Shown: positions 25,080-34,938, counted from the first letter of the stretch. The stretch: 64,000 bases of DNA from an uncultured Actinomycetota bacterium (GCA_963830145.1 CAWHLI010000014.1:8400-72399); one strand, 5' to 3'. Translations and numbers: made by a program. The notes: generated by a model from the letters alone, not told the origin.

Positions 25080-26056
25080 CCGACCCCACCACCGTTCAGC
25101 AGGTCGGGTGCGGGAGGCATGTTCTGGATGTAGGTGTCGAACCACGGCCCGTTGCCGAGGGTGTTGGCGAAGACCCGGTAGAAGGGAGCCATCAGCCGCA
25201 GGCTGTTGTCGATGTTGTCCTCGTTCTTGTTGAGGATGCCGACGACGTCGTCGAGCTGGGTCAGCGCCGGCTTGAGGTCGTCGCGGCTCTGGCGCACGAG
25301 CGCACTCAGCTCGGAGGAGAGCGTCGAGGTCGACACGAGGATGTTGTGCACCGCCTCCCGGCGGGCCACCAGCGCCTGGAAGAGGGTGTCGGACTGCTTC
25401 ATCAGGTCGACGATGTCCTCGTCGCGGTCGTTGAGCACCGTGGAGACCCGCTCCAGGTTGGTGAGCAGCAGGTTGATCCGGCCGCTCTTGTCCGCGATGT
25501 TGGCCGAGAGCCGTGAGACCCCGGACAGGGCCGCCTGGAACTCCTCGGGCGTGTTGCGGGTCAGGTCGGACAGCGTGGTCAGCGAGCGGGCCAGCTGGTC
25601 GGTGTCGATCTGGTCGGCAGTCTCGGCGAGTCCGGAGAACGCCTTGACCACGTCGTAGGGCGAGCTGGTGCGCTCGACCGGGATCTGGTCGTCGCTCTTG
25701 AGCTGGCCGTCGCCGGCGGGTTCGAGGGCGAGGTACATCGCGCCGAGCAGGGTGTTGACCCGGATCGAGGCGCCGGTCTCGTCGCCGAACTCCGAGTCGG
25801 TCTTGACCCGGAAGGAGACCGTCACGTGGTCTCCGTCGAGCTCGATCTTGTCGACGGCACCCACGCGGACACCGGCGATGCGGACCGGGTCGTTGGTCTT
25901 GAGCCCTCCGGCCTCGGCGAAGGCGGCCGTGTAGGTGTCACCACCGCCGATCACCGGCAGGTCCTGGGCGCGGAACGCGCCGAGGATCAGGACCGCGATG
26001 ACGGCGAGGCTGATCGCCCCGATGATCACGGGGTTGCGCTCGCGAAAGGGCTTCAT
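25076..26056 (-). CDS. mceC: MCE-family protein MceC
   Basis: MKPFRERNP start; FAEAGGLKTNDPVRIAGVRVG; TLLGAMYL. Confidence 0.88.
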   Translation of the reverse strand: MKPFRERNPVIIGAISLAVIAVLILGAFRAQDLPVIGGGDTYTAAFAEAGGLKTNDPVRIAGVRVGAVDKIELDGDHVTVSFRVKTDSEFGDETGASIRVNTLLGAMYLALEPAGDGQLKSDDQIPVERTSSPYDVVKAFSGLAETADQIDTDQLARSLTTLSDLTRNTPEEFQAALSGVSRLSANIADKSGRINLLLTNLERVSTVLNDRDEDIVDLMKQSDTLFQALVARREAVHNILVSTSTLSSELSALVRQSRDDLKPALTQLDDVVGILNKNEDNIDNSLRLMAPFYRVFANTLGNGPWFDTYIQNMPPAPDLLNGGGVG

Positions 26057-26130
26057 GGCGTTTCCGAGGTCCCCGCGGAAGAGTGCCCGCACGTGCGAAG
26101 CACCCCCGCAGTCTTTCGTGGGGTGGTCAT
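26053..26130 (-). CDS. Mini-ORF (25 aa) bridging mceB and mceC
   Basis: MTTPRKTAGVLRTCGHSSAGTSETP; ATGA overlap with the mceB stop and with the mceC start. Confidence 0.55.
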   Translation of the reverse strand: MTTPRKTAGVLRTCGHSSAGTSETP

Positions 26131-27158
26131 CCGAGATCACACCTGGGGGAGCCGGTGTTGTAGGCCACCGGGACCGTGAGCCCGGGCAGCTTGACCTTGC
26201 CCTGGAACTGGCAGAGGTAGAAGTTGAACCACGAGCCGTAGATGGCGGTCCGGCCGACCTTCTCGAGCTTGATCGGCAGCACCTGCAGGGCCCGGTCGAG
26301 CTCGCCCCGGTTGCGCTGGATGTTGGCGGTCAGCTTGCGCAGGTTGGCGATGTCGTCGACCAGGGGCGAGCGGATCCCCTTGACCAGCGACGCGGTCTGC
26401 ACCGAGAGCTCGGAGATCTGGTCGAGCGAGCCCAGGATCGCCTCACGGTCGCTGTTGAGGCCGCCCACGAACTGGCGGAACGTCGTGATCAGCTGGTTGA
26501 GCTGCTGGTCGCGGTCGGCGACGTGGTCGAGCACCTCGCTCAGGTTGTCGATGAGGGCGCTGATCACCTGGTCGCGGTCGGCCAGCGTGTTGGTCACCGA
26601 CGCGGTGTGGGCCAGCAGGCTCTCGAGGGTGCCCCCCTCGCCCTGGAAGACCTGGACGATCTCGTAGGACAGCTGGTTGATGTCGGCGGGGCTGAGCGCC
26701 TGGAAGAGCGGCTTGAACCCGTTGAAGAGCACGGTGAGGTCGAGCGCCGGCGCCGTGCGGGCGATGGGGATCGTCTCGCCGCCGGACATCTTGGTGGACG
26801 AGCCGACCTGCTGGGTCAGGGCGATGTAGCGCTGGCCGACGAGGTTGCGGTACTTGATCGTGGCGTGGGTCGCCTCGGTGACCACGGTCGAGTCGTCGAC
26901 GGAGAACGTGATGAGCGCGCGGGTGCGGTCGGTGATCGCGACGTCCTTGACGGTGCCGACCTTGACGCCCGCGACCCGGATGTCGTCACCCTTGTTGACG
27001 CCGGTGGCGTCACCGAAGACCGCCTTGTAGGTCGAGGAGCCGGCGAAGCTCAGGTTGCCGATCGTGGCCACCAGCACGCCGGTGGCGAGCGTGGTCACCA
27101 CCATGAAGATCACCAGCTTGACGAGGTCGCCGGCAGTCTTCTTGTCCAGGAGCTTCAC
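26127..27158 (-). CDS. mceB: MCE-family protein MceB
   Basis: DATGVNKGDDIRVAGVKVG; YRNLVGQRY; GSWFNFYLC. Confidence 0.88.
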   Translation of the reverse strand: MKLLDKKTAGDLVKLVIFMVVTTLATGVLVATIGNLSFAGSSTYKAVFGDATGVNKGDDIRVAGVKVGTVKDVAITDRTRALITFSVDDSTVVTEATHATIKYRNLVGQRYIALTQQVGSSTKMSGGETIPIARTAPALDLTVLFNGFKPLFQALSPADINQLSYEIVQVFQGEGGTLESLLAHTASVTNTLADRDQVISALIDNLSEVLDHVADRDQQLNQLITTFRQFVGGLNSDREAILGSLDQISELSVQTASLVKGIRSPLVDDIANLRKLTANIQRNRGELDRALQVLPIKLEKVGRTAIYGSWFNFYLCQFQGKVKLPGLTVPVAYNTGSPRCDLG

Positions 27159-28483
27159 GGCGTCTCACCGCCGCCCGGTGAGTCGGCATAGGTGACCGTC
27201 GTGCCGCGGACCATCGGCCCGAGCAGCAGCCCGCCCAGGTCCGAGACCGCCGGGGCGTCCTCCCCCATCGTGGGCGCGAGCAGCGAGGCGATCAGCGCGC
27301 TCTCCTCCGGCGAACCGGCGTAGGAGCTCAACACGTCGACCGACGGGTCCGCGGCGTACGACGTGCCGACCCGGTCGGTGCCCTTGCCGGTCGGGCTGTC
27401 GACCCCGTCGACGAAGTCGGGCTGGCGGCGGACCGGGTTGGACTGGTTCCACGGCGGGTTGGGCAGGTGGAGGCAGGTCGGGCCGCGGTCCTCGCCGTAG
27501 ACCGGCTTGTCGGCGGCGGTGTAGCCGCGCGGCTGGTTGGGGAGCGTCTCGAGGACGATGTGCAGGGTGAAGCCGCGGAACGCCTCGGCCTCCATCTTGC
27601 CGTTGTTGACCAGGCCTCCGAGCAGGCACGGGAACTCCGTCGAGTAGCGCGCCAGGACCCGGAGCTGGGCCCGGCTGACCTCGCCGAGCCGGATCAGGTT
27701 GTCGCCGTTGTCGTCGAGGAAGGTGCGCGCCGTCCCGGAGAACTGGGTGATGTCGCTGAGGAGCTGGTGCAGCTTGGCCTCGCGGGTCTCGAGGGTGCTG
27801 GTGGTCGTGACGGTGTTGTGCAGGACGTCGCCGACCTGGGGCAGCACCTCGGCGTAGGTGTCGGAGACCGATGCGGTCAGACGGAGGTCCTCGACCAGCG
27901 CCGGGATCTGCGGGTTGAGCCGCTTGAGGTAGCTGTCGACGGTCTCGAGGTTCTCGCCGATCTGGTCGCCGCGGCCCTCGAGGGCGGTGGCCAGCGCGTT
28001 GAGCGTCTGGTTGAGCTCGGCCGGCTCGACCGTGCGCAGCAGGGGGTAGAGGTCGGAGAGCACCTTCTCGACCTCGGTCGAGACCGCCGTGCGCTTGATC
28101 GTGTCGCCGGCGCGGATCGGCGACGCCTCCGCGTCGTCGGGGATGATGAGGGAGACGTACTTCTCGCCGAACAGCGTCTTGGGCACGATCGAGGCGGTGA
28201 CGTTGGCGGGGATCGTGTCGATCTGGCTCGGGAAGAGTCCCAGGGTCAGCACGGCGCCGTCGGAGGTCGCGCTCATGTCGAGCACCTCGCCCACGATGAC
28301 GCCCCGGATCTTCACATCGGCGCGGGCGGGGAGCTGCAGGCCGATGTTGGTCGTCTGGACCTTGACCCGGTCGTAGTCGGTGAACTTCTTCGTGAACGTC
28401 GCGTAGACCAGGTAGCCGGCGAGGACGACCATCGCCAGGAAGACGATGCCGAGGATCTTGTGCTGGCGGGTGATGAAGCTCAT
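27155..28483 (-). CDS. mceA: MCE-family protein MceA
   Basis: GLQLPARADVKIRGVIVG; PKTLFGEKYV. Confidence 0.88.
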   Translation of the reverse strand: MSFITRQHKILGIVFLAMVVLAGYLVYATFTKKFTDYDRVKVQTTNIGLQLPARADVKIRGVIVGEVLDMSATSDGAVLTLGLFPSQIDTIPANVTASIVPKTLFGEKYVSLIIPDDAEASPIRAGDTIKRTAVSTEVEKVLSDLYPLLRTVEPAELNQTLNALATALEGRGDQIGENLETVDSYLKRLNPQIPALVEDLRLTASVSDTYAEVLPQVGDVLHNTVTTTSTLETREAKLHQLLSDITQFSGTARTFLDDNGDNLIRLGEVSRAQLRVLARYSTEFPCLLGGLVNNGKMEAEAFRGFTLHIVLETLPNQPRGYTAADKPVYGEDRGPTCLHLPNPPWNQSNPVRRQPDFVDGVDSPTGKGTDRVGTSYAADPSVDVLSSYAGSPEESALIASLLAPTMGEDAPAVSDLGGLLLGPMVRGTTVTYADSPGGGETP

Positions 28484-28536
28484 GGCGTCTCACCGTGGGG
28501 CACAGCCGCGCCCACCGCAGTCCCTGGGTTGGTCAT
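28480..28536 (-). CDS. Mini-ORF (18 aa) bridging yrbEB and mceA
   Basis: MTNPGTAVGAAVPHGETP; ATGA overlap with the yrbEB stop and with the mceA start. Confidence 0.55.
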   Translation of the reverse strand: MTNPGTAVGAAVPHGETP

Positions 28537-29360
28537 CCGGCCAACCTCACCGTGGTGGTGGCGCCCCAGATGGCCATCGACAGGAGCAGGTCGATGACGT
28601 TGATGGCGACGATGCTGGTCCGGACCGCGCGGCCCACGGCGACGCCCACGCCGGCGGGGCCGCCGCCGGCGTTGTAGCCGTAGTAGCAGTGGATCAGGAT
28701 CACGACGACGGCGAAGACCAGCACCTTGCCGAAGGACCAGAGCACGTCGCCGGGAGGCAGGAACTGGTTGAAGTACTGGTCATAGGTGCCGGTGCTCTGG
28801 CCGAAGAACTGGGTGACCACCAGGCGGCTCGCGAAGTAGGACGAGAGCAGGCCCACGACGTAGAGGGGGATGATCGCGATCAGCCCGCCGATGATGCGCG
28901 TGGTGACGAGGAAGGGCAGCGACGGGATCGCCATCACCTCGAGCGCGTCGACCTCCTCGGAGATCCGCATCGCGCCGAGCTGTGCGGTGAAGCCGCAGCC
29001 GACGGTGGCGGCCAGGCCGATCGCCGCCACCAGCGGAGCGATCTCCCGGGTGTTGAAGTAGGCGGAGACGAAGCCGGCGAGCTGGGCGGTGCCGAGCTGG
29101 TCGAGCGCCGCGAACCCCTGGAGCCCCACCTCGGTGCCGGTGAAGAAGCACAGCGCGATGATGACGCCGACCGTGCCGCCGATGACCGCGAGCGCGCCCG
29201 AGCCGAGCGTGGTCTCGGCCAGGATCCGCAGGATCTCCTTCTTGTAGCGGACGATCGTGCGCGGGGTCCACGCGAGCGCGCGGACATAGAAGCTGAGCTG
29301 GTCCCCGAGGTCTTCGAGGAATCCCGCCGGCTTCGTGTAGATCGCCTTGAGACTCGCCAT
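28533..29360 (-). CDS. yrbEB: MlaE-family permease YrbEB
   Basis: REIAPLVA, GFTAQLGAMRISEEVDALEVM, GGGPAGVGVAVG. Confidence 0.9.
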   Translation of the reverse strand: MASLKAIYTKPAGFLEDLGDQLSFYVRALAWTPRTIVRYKKEILRILAETTLGSGALAVIGGTVGVIIALCFFTGTEVGLQGFAALDQLGTAQLAGFVSAYFNTREIAPLVAAIGLAATVGCGFTAQLGAMRISEEVDALEVMAIPSLPFLVTTRIIGGLIAIIPLYVVGLLSSYFASRLVVTQFFGQSTGTYDQYFNQFLPPGDVLWSFGKVLVFAVVVILIHCYYGYNAGGGPAGVGVAVGRAVRTSIVAINVIDLLLSMAIWGATTTVRLAG

Positions 29361-29367
29361 GGCCCGG

Positions 29368-30153
29368 CTAACCCGTCTTCGCTGGGACGAGTTGGAAGTA
29401 GAGGGCGCTCATCACGAAGTTGACGACGAACAGCAGCATGAAGCTGATGACGACCGACTCGTTGACCGCGTCGCCGACGCCCTTCGGACCACCGGCGGCG
29501 TTCATGCCCTTGTAGCAGGCCACGATCGCGGCGATCAGTCCGAAGACGAGCGCCTTGGCCATGCCCTGCCAGAGGTCTGGTAGCTGGGCGAGGGCCGTGA
29601 AGCTCGACAGGTAGGCGCCCGGTGTGCCGTCCTGGAGCACGACGTTGAAGACGTAGCCACCGGCGACTCCGACGACCGAGACCAGGCCGTTGAGGAAGAC
29701 AGCGACGAGCATGCAGGCCAGGACCCGGGGAACCACGAGCCGCTGGATCGGGTCGATGCCGAGGACCATCATCGCGTCGAGCTCTTCACGGATCTTGCGC
29801 GCGCCGAGGTCCGCGGCGATGGCCGAGCCGGCGGCGCCGGCGATCAGCAACGACGTGGCGATCGGGCCGGCCTCGCGGACGACGGCGAGGACGGCGGCCG
29901 ACCCGGTGAAGGACTGGGCGCCGAACTGCTTGATCAGGCCGCCGACCTGGAGCGCGATGACCGCGCCGAACGGGATGGCGACGAGTGCGGTCGGGATGAT
30001 CGTCACCGACGCGATGAACCAGGCCTGCTGAAGGAACTCGCGGGTCTGGAAGGGCCGCCGGAACAGCCCCCGCCCGACATCGAGACCGAAGGCGAAGAGC
30101 TTGCCCGCGGTCCCGACCGGCGCGAGGATGCGCGTTGCGGTCGTGGATGCCAT
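29368..30153 (-). CDS. yrbEA: MlaE-family permease YrbEA
   Basis: ADLGARKIREELDAMMVLGIDP, GGPKGVGDAVN. Confidence 0.9.
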   Translation of the reverse strand: MASTTATRILAPVGTAGKLFAFGLDVGRGLFRRPFQTREFLQQAWFIASVTIIPTALVAIPFGAVIALQVGGLIKQFGAQSFTGSAAVLAVVREAGPIATSLLIAGAAGSAIAADLGARKIREELDAMMVLGIDPIQRLVVPRVLACMLVAVFLNGLVSVVGVAGGYVFNVVLQDGTPGAYLSSFTALAQLPDLWQGMAKALVFGLIAAIVACYKGMNAAGGPKGVGDAVNESVVISFMLLFVVNFVMSALYFQLVPAKTG

Positions 30154-30164
30154 CTCGTCAGGCC

Positions 30165-31121
30165 CTAGCCGGCCCCGGGGGCCATGGACATGTTCTGGTC
30201 GAAGGAGCCGGGCGGCGGCGTGACGTCGTTGTCGCGGCACCAGGCTCCGGGCTCGCGCTGGCTGCGCCGGGCGATGCCGTTGGAGGGCTCGAGCTGCATC
30301 GGGATCGGCGGCAGCGGTGGCATCTCGATGTCCTTCTCGGACTCGAGCTCGTCGGCGTCCTTCTCCTCCGACATCCCGATGGGGCCGACCTTCTGGGCGT
30401 TGAGGAACTGGCGCACCACGGGCTCCTCGGAGGAGAGCAGCATCTCCCGCGGGCCGAACATCGCCAGGTGGCGGTGGTAGAGCAGACCGATGTTGTCGGG
30501 CACGGTCCGTGCGGTGTTGATGTCGTGGGTGACGATGAGGAACGTCGCGTCGATCTGGGCGTTGAGGTCGACGATCAGCTGGTTGAGGAACGCTGTGCGC
30601 ACCGGGTCGAGGCCGGAGTCGGGCTCGTCGAAGAGCACGATCTCGGGGTCGAGCACCAGCGCGCGGGCCAGGCCGGCGCGCTTGCGCATGCCTCCCGAGA
30701 TCTCGCCGGGGAGCTTGTCCTCGGCGCCGAGCAGACCGACGAGGTCCATCTTCTCCATGACGATGTCGCGGACCTCGGACTCCGACTTCTTGGTGTGCTC
30801 ACGCAGCGGGAAGGCGACGTTGTCGTAGAGGTTCATCGACCCGAACATCGCGCCGTCCTGGAACAGCACGCCGAAGAGCTTGCGGATCTCGTAGAGCTCC
30901 TTCTCGGAGCAGCTCGCGATGTCGGTGCCCTCGATCATGACCGAGCCCTTGTCGGGCTTGAGCAGCCCGATGAGGGTCTTGAGGAGCACGGACTTGCCGG
31001 TGCCGGACGGGCCGAGCATGACCGACACCTCGCCGGCGGGGACCGTGAGCGTGACGTCGCCCCAGATCAGCTGCTTGCCGAATGACTTCGACAAGTCCTC
31101 GATCTTGATCTCCACACCCAT
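30165..31121 (-). CDS. mceG: Mce ABC ATPase (MceG/Mkl)
   Basis: Walker A GPSGTGKS, ISGGMRKRAGLARA, FDEPDSGLDP, GPIGMSEEKD. Confidence 0.9.
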   Translation of the reverse strand: MGVEIKIEDLSKSFGKQLIWGDVTLTVPAGEVSVMLGPSGTGKSVLLKTLIGLLKPDKGSVMIEGTDIASCSEKELYEIRKLFGVLFQDGAMFGSMNLYDNVAFPLREHTKKSESEVRDIVMEKMDLVGLLGAEDKLPGEISGGMRKRAGLARALVLDPEIVLFDEPDSGLDPVRTAFLNQLIVDLNAQIDATFLIVTHDINTARTVPDNIGLLYHRHLAMFGPREMLLSSEEPVVRQFLNAQKVGPIGMSEEKDADELESEKDIEMPPLPPIPMQLEPSNGIARRSQREPGAWCRDNDVTPPPGSFDQNMSMAPGAG

Positions 31122-31338
31122 GCCGTGCACTCCCATCGACCGAGTTGGCCGTCGCTCGCTCGGTCCCCTCCGGTGGGCGCCCACGCGAGCCCACACTGAC
31201 CAGTAACAACGGTGCTGTCGCGGCGAGGTTACGCGCTGTTCACGCGGCACGCACCGCTTCCCGACCGTTGGCGCCCCCGAGGGTCCACCCTCCTTACCCG
31301 TCGGTACGGAGGCCGAAACCCGACCGTCCGGACAAACA

Positions 31339-31378
31339 GCTGCGGCGGTCGTCTCCCGGAGGAGACGACCGCCGCAGC
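31339..31378 (-). terminator. Intrinsic terminator after rplL
   Basis: Perfect 18-bp stem, CGGA loop, followed by TGTTTGT on the minus strand. Confidence 0.8.
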
Positions 31379-31481
31379 GGGTCGTGCAGCAGGCGGCGAG
31401 GCCGCCCCAGCCCACCCCACGCAACCGCGGGGAGGGCCCTCCGGGATCAGCCCACGCTTGCGCGGGGACCCCGGAGAAGCG

Positions 31482-31877
31482 TCACTTGACGGTGACGGTG
31501 GCCCCGGCGCCCTCGAGCGCCTCCTTGGCCTTGTCGGCGGCAGCCTTGTCGACGCCCTCGAGGATCGGCTTCGGCGCGGCCTCGACGAGGTCCTTGGCCT
31601 CCTTCAGACCGAGGGAGGTCAGCGCGCGCACCTCCTTGATGACGTTGATCTTCTTCTCGCCGGCGGCCTCGAGGACCACGTCGAACTGGTCCTGCTCGGC
31701 AGCGTCGTCGCCACCAGCGGCGGCAGCGCCGCCCGCGGCGGGAGCGGCGGCCACGGCGACCGGGGCGGCCGCGGTGACGCCGAACGTCTCCTCGAACTGC
31801 TTCACGAACTCGGAGAGCTCGATCAGCGTCATCTCCTTGAACGCGTCGAGCAGCTCGTCGGTGTTGAGCTTCGCCAT
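31482..31877 (-). CDS. rplL: 50S ribosomal protein L7/L12
   Basis: [33 protein letters not shown]. Confidence 0.98.
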   Translation of the reverse strand: MAKLNTDELLDAFKEMTLIELSEFVKQFEETFGVTAAAPVAVAAAPAAGGAAAAGGDDAAEQDQFDVVLEAAGEKKINVIKEVRALTSLGLKEAKDLVEAAPKPILEGVDKAAADKAKEALEGAGATVTVK

Positions 31878-31956
31878 GATGGCGGTTCCTTCCAGTCGGT
31901 GGCCCGCGGCGTACGCCGCGAGCCGGTGTTCTTCAGGTGGTGGTGGTCAGCCCTGG

Positions 31957-32730
31957 TCAGGCTTCGGTGGCCGCGGTCTCAGCGTCGTCCGACTCGGCAG
32001 CGGGGGTCTCCTCCGCGGCCTCCTCGGTCGACTCGTCGACAGCCTCGGTCGCGTCGGTCGCCTCCGCGGCGGGGGCCTCGTCGGCATCGGCAGCGGACTC
32101 GCTGCTCTCGGCCTCGGGGGTCTCCTCCTGGGTGGTCTCCTCAGCGGCCTCGACAACGGCCTCCTCTGCGGCGGGCTCTGCCGGCGCACCGGCTCCACCT
32201 GCGAGGATCGAGGGGTCCTGCTGCGCCTTCGCCTCCAGCGCACCGACGAGTCGGGCGGCCTGGGCGAGCGGGGCGTTGAGCAGGGAGACGGCGTTCTGGA
32301 GCGAGCCGAGCATGGCGCTCGCGAGCTTGCCCAGCAGCACCTCGCGCGACTCGAGGTCGGCGAGCTTCGCGACCTCCTTCGCGTCGATGGCCTTGCCGTC
32401 GAGGTAGCCGCCCTTGATGATCAGGGCGGGGTGGGCCTTGGCGAAGTCACGCAGCCCCTTGGCGGCCTCGACGACGTCCCCGTTGAGGAACGCGATCGCG
32501 GTGGGACCGACCAGCAGCTCGTCGAAGCCGGTCATGCCCGCCTCCGAGGCGGCCAGCTTGGCCAGCGTGTTCTTGACCACGGCGTAGTCGGCGTGCTCGC
32601 CGAGGGAGCGGCGCAGGTCCTGCAGCTCCTTGACGGTGAGCCCGCGGTAGTCGGTCAGCACTGCGCCCACGGCATCGTTGAACGAGTCGACGATCTCCGC
32701 GACGGCGGCCTGCTTCTCTGCCCGCGCCAT
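31957..32730 (-). CDS. rplJ: 50S ribosomal protein L10 with long acidic C-terminal tail
   Basis: [26 protein letters not shown]; ATG 32730 after AGGAG. Confidence 0.95.
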   Translation of the reverse strand: MARAEKQAAVAEIVDSFNDAVGAVLTDYRGLTVKELQDLRRSLGEHADYAVVKNTLAKLAASEAGMTGFDELLVGPTAIAFLNGDVVEAAKGLRDFAKAHPALIIKGGYLDGKAIDAKEVAKLADLESREVLLGKLASAMLGSLQNAVSLLNAPLAQAARLVGALEAKAQQDPSILAGGAGAPAEPAAEEAVVEAAEETTQEETPEAESSESAADADEAPAAEATDATEAVDESTEEAAEETPAAESDDAETAATEA

Positions 32731-32764
32731 CGGTCTCCTTCTCTCTGTGGTGAGACCGGCGCTC

Positions 32765-32910
32765 AAATGACGAACGCCCCGAGCGCAGGCTCAGGGCGTG
32801 GACGAATCCGACTGGATTCTTGCTCTGCACCTACGCAGGCCGTCCGCATCTCTGCGGAACCTTCGGCCGACTGCTTGCACAGCCGGACGACCGGCGGTCT
32901 CTGGTTACGA
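32765..32910 (-). promoter_or_regulatory. L10 leader with attenuator-like hairpin
   Basis: GAGACCGCCGGTC...GAAGG...CCTGCGTAGG then hairpin CGCCCTGAGC-CTGC-GCTCGGGGCG followed by TTCGTCATTT upstream of rplJ. Confidence 0.7.
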
Positions 32911-33050
32911 GGAGAAAGACTACGGGCGCTGCGTGTGTGTCTCCAAATCGTCCCCACGGACCCTCGCGATGGACGAGGCGCAGCGACCCGGCTTGCGCGC
33001 GCGGAGCGCGTGCGCCCCGCGATCGGACTGGGGGCCGAAGCTCGCGGGGG

Positions 33051-34001
33051 TCATGAAATCACCCTCATCGGCTCACCGGCCATCCAGGCGTCGATGTCCT
33101 GGACGGCCTCGGTGAAGTAGGTGCGGTAGTTGGCGGCGGTCACGTAACCCAGGTGCGGGAGGGCGAGGACGTTGGGGAGGGTGCGGAGGGGGTGGTCGGC
33201 GGGGAGGGGCTCCTCGTCGAAGACGTCCAGGCCGGCGCCGGCCAGGCGGCTCTGCCGCAGGGCGGCGACGAGGGCGTCGTTGTCGACCAGGGCAGCGCGG
33301 GCGGTGTTGACGAAGTAGGCGTTGCGGCGCATGGCGGCGATGTCGCCGGCGTCGATGATCCGGCGGGTCGACCACGACAGCTGGAGGTGCAGCGAGACGA
33401 CGTCGGAGTTGAACAGCAGGTCGCGCTTCGAGGCGGCCAGTCGGACGCCGGCGGCGTCGGCCCGCTCCTCGGTGAGGTGGGGGCTCCAGGCCACGACGTC
33501 CATGTCGAAGGCCTGGGCGACCCTGGCCACCCGGGTGCCGATCTTGCCGAGGCCGATGACCCCGAACGTCGAGCCGGCCAGGTCTCGGCCGACGGTGGAC
33601 TGCCACGGGCCGCCCGCGCGCATCGCCGTCGTCTCCTGCGCCACGCCGCGGAGCAGGCCGAGCACCAGGGCCCAGGTCAGCTCTGCGGGCGGCGCCGAGC
33701 GCGAGGCGGTGCCGCAGACGGTGATGCCGCGGCCGCGGCAGGCGGCCAGGTCGATGGCGGCGTTGCGCGAGCCGGTCGTCACCACCAGCTCCAGATCGGG
33801 GAGCCTGGCGAGGATCGACTCGGTGAGCGGCGTGCGCTCTCGCATGACGACCACGATCGCGGCGCCCCTGAGCGTGCGGACGACCTCGTCGGGGTCGGAG
33901 AGGTGCCGGCGCACCGAGACGACGTCGACCCCGTGCAGGACCGACCAGTCGGCGAACTGCATCGCCACGTCCTGGTAGTCGTCGAGGACCACGCACTTCA
34001 C
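33051..34001 (-). CDS. D-2-hydroxyacid dehydrogenase family protein
   Basis: VMRERT, GVIGLGKIG, VNTARAALV, LDVFDEEPL, PHLGY. Confidence 0.9.
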   Translation of the reverse strand: MKCVVLDDYQDVAMQFADWSVLHGVDVVSVRRHLSDPDEVVRTLRGAAIVVVMRERTPLTESILARLPDLELVVTTGSRNAAIDLAACRGRGITVCGTASRSAPPAELTWALVLGLLRGVAQETTAMRAGGPWQSTVGRDLAGSTFGVIGLGKIGTRVARVAQAFDMDVVAWSPHLTEERADAAGVRLAASKRDLLFNSDVVSLHLQLSWSTRRIIDAGDIAAMRRNAYFVNTARAALVDNDALVAALRQSRLAGAGLDVFDEEPLPADHPLRTLPNVLALPHLGYVTAANYRTYFTEAVQDIDAWMAGEPMRVIS

Positions 34002-34064
34002 GTCTGCGCCACCGCCTGCTCCCCCCAGAGCAACCCCGAGCCGCCTCCGGGCCAGAAAGGGGTC

Positions 34065-34094
34065 GGCCCGCCCGTAGCAAGGTACGGGCGGGCC
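34065..34094. terminator. Hairpin after rplA
   Basis: GGCCCGCCCGTA / TACGGGCGGGCC perfect 12-bp stem. Confidence 0.65.
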
Positions 34095-34148
34095 GCCACA
34101 AAATCTGCGGAAACCGGAGAAAACTGGCTCACCCCGGTCATCCGCGGG

Positions 34149-34874
34149 TCAGTCCTCGGAGGAGCCTGCGTCCTCGGACGTGACGTTCTTGGTGCGGTTG
34201 GGGTCGACCTGGACACCCGGCCCCATGGTGGTCGAGACCGTCACCTTGCGGATGTAGCGGCCCTTGGAGCTGGCCGGCTTGAGCCGGAGCACCTCCTCGA
34301 GCGCCGCCGCGTAGTTCTCGGCCAGCTGCAGCTCGGCGAAGGAAGCCTTGCCGATGATGAAGTGCAGGTTGGAGTGCCGGTCGGTGCGGAACTCGATCTT
34401 GCCGCCCTTGATGTCCGTCACGGCCTTGGCCGGGTCGGGGGTGACCGTGCCGGTCTTGGGGTTCGGCATCAGGCCGCGGGGACCGAGCACGCGGCCGAGG
34501 CGGCCGACCTTGCCCATCATGTCGGGCGTCGCGACGACGGCGTCGAAGTCGAGCCAGCCGCCGTTCACCTTCTCGATGAGCTCATCGCCACCGACGAAGT
34601 CGGCGCCGGCCTCACGGGCGGCGTCGGCCTTCTCGGCGTTCGCGAACACGAGGACGCGAGCCGTCTTGCCGGTGCCGTGGGGCAGGTTGACGGTGCCGCG
34701 CACCATCTGGTCCGCCTTGCGGGGGTCGACCCCGAGGCGCATCACGACGTCGACGGTCTCGTCGAACTTCTTCTTGCTGGAGGTCTTGGCGATCTTGATC
34801 GCCGTCATCGGGGCGTAGAGCTCGTCCTTGTCGAACGTGTCCGCCGCCGCGCGGTAGGTCTTGCTGCGCTGCAT
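34149..34874 (-). CDS. rplA: 50S ribosomal protein L1
   Basis: [35 protein letters not shown]. Confidence 0.98.
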   Translation of the reverse strand: MQRSKTYRAAADTFDKDELYAPMTAIKIAKTSSKKKFDETVDVVMRLGVDPRKADQMVRGTVNLPHGTGKTARVLVFANAEKADAAREAGADFVGGDELIEKVNGGWLDFDAVVATPDMMGKVGRLGRVLGPRGLMPNPKTGTVTPDPAKAVTDIKGGKIEFRTDRHSNLHFIIGKASFAELQLAENYAAALEEVLRLKPASSKGRYIRKVTVSTTMGPGVQVDPNRTKNVTSEDAGSSED

Positions 34875-34900
34875 GTCAGTCTCTTCTCTCAGAAAAGTGT

Positions 34901-34932
34901 GTGGTCTAGGTGAGCCAGCGCGGCTCTGCCAC
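34901..34932 (-). promoter_or_regulatory. Putative L1-binding mRNA site before rplA
   Basis: GTGG-CA-GAGCC/GGCTC hairpin-ACCTAGA-CCAC, same geometry as the site before rplK. Confidence 0.6.
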
Positions 34933-34938
34933 TGGGTG

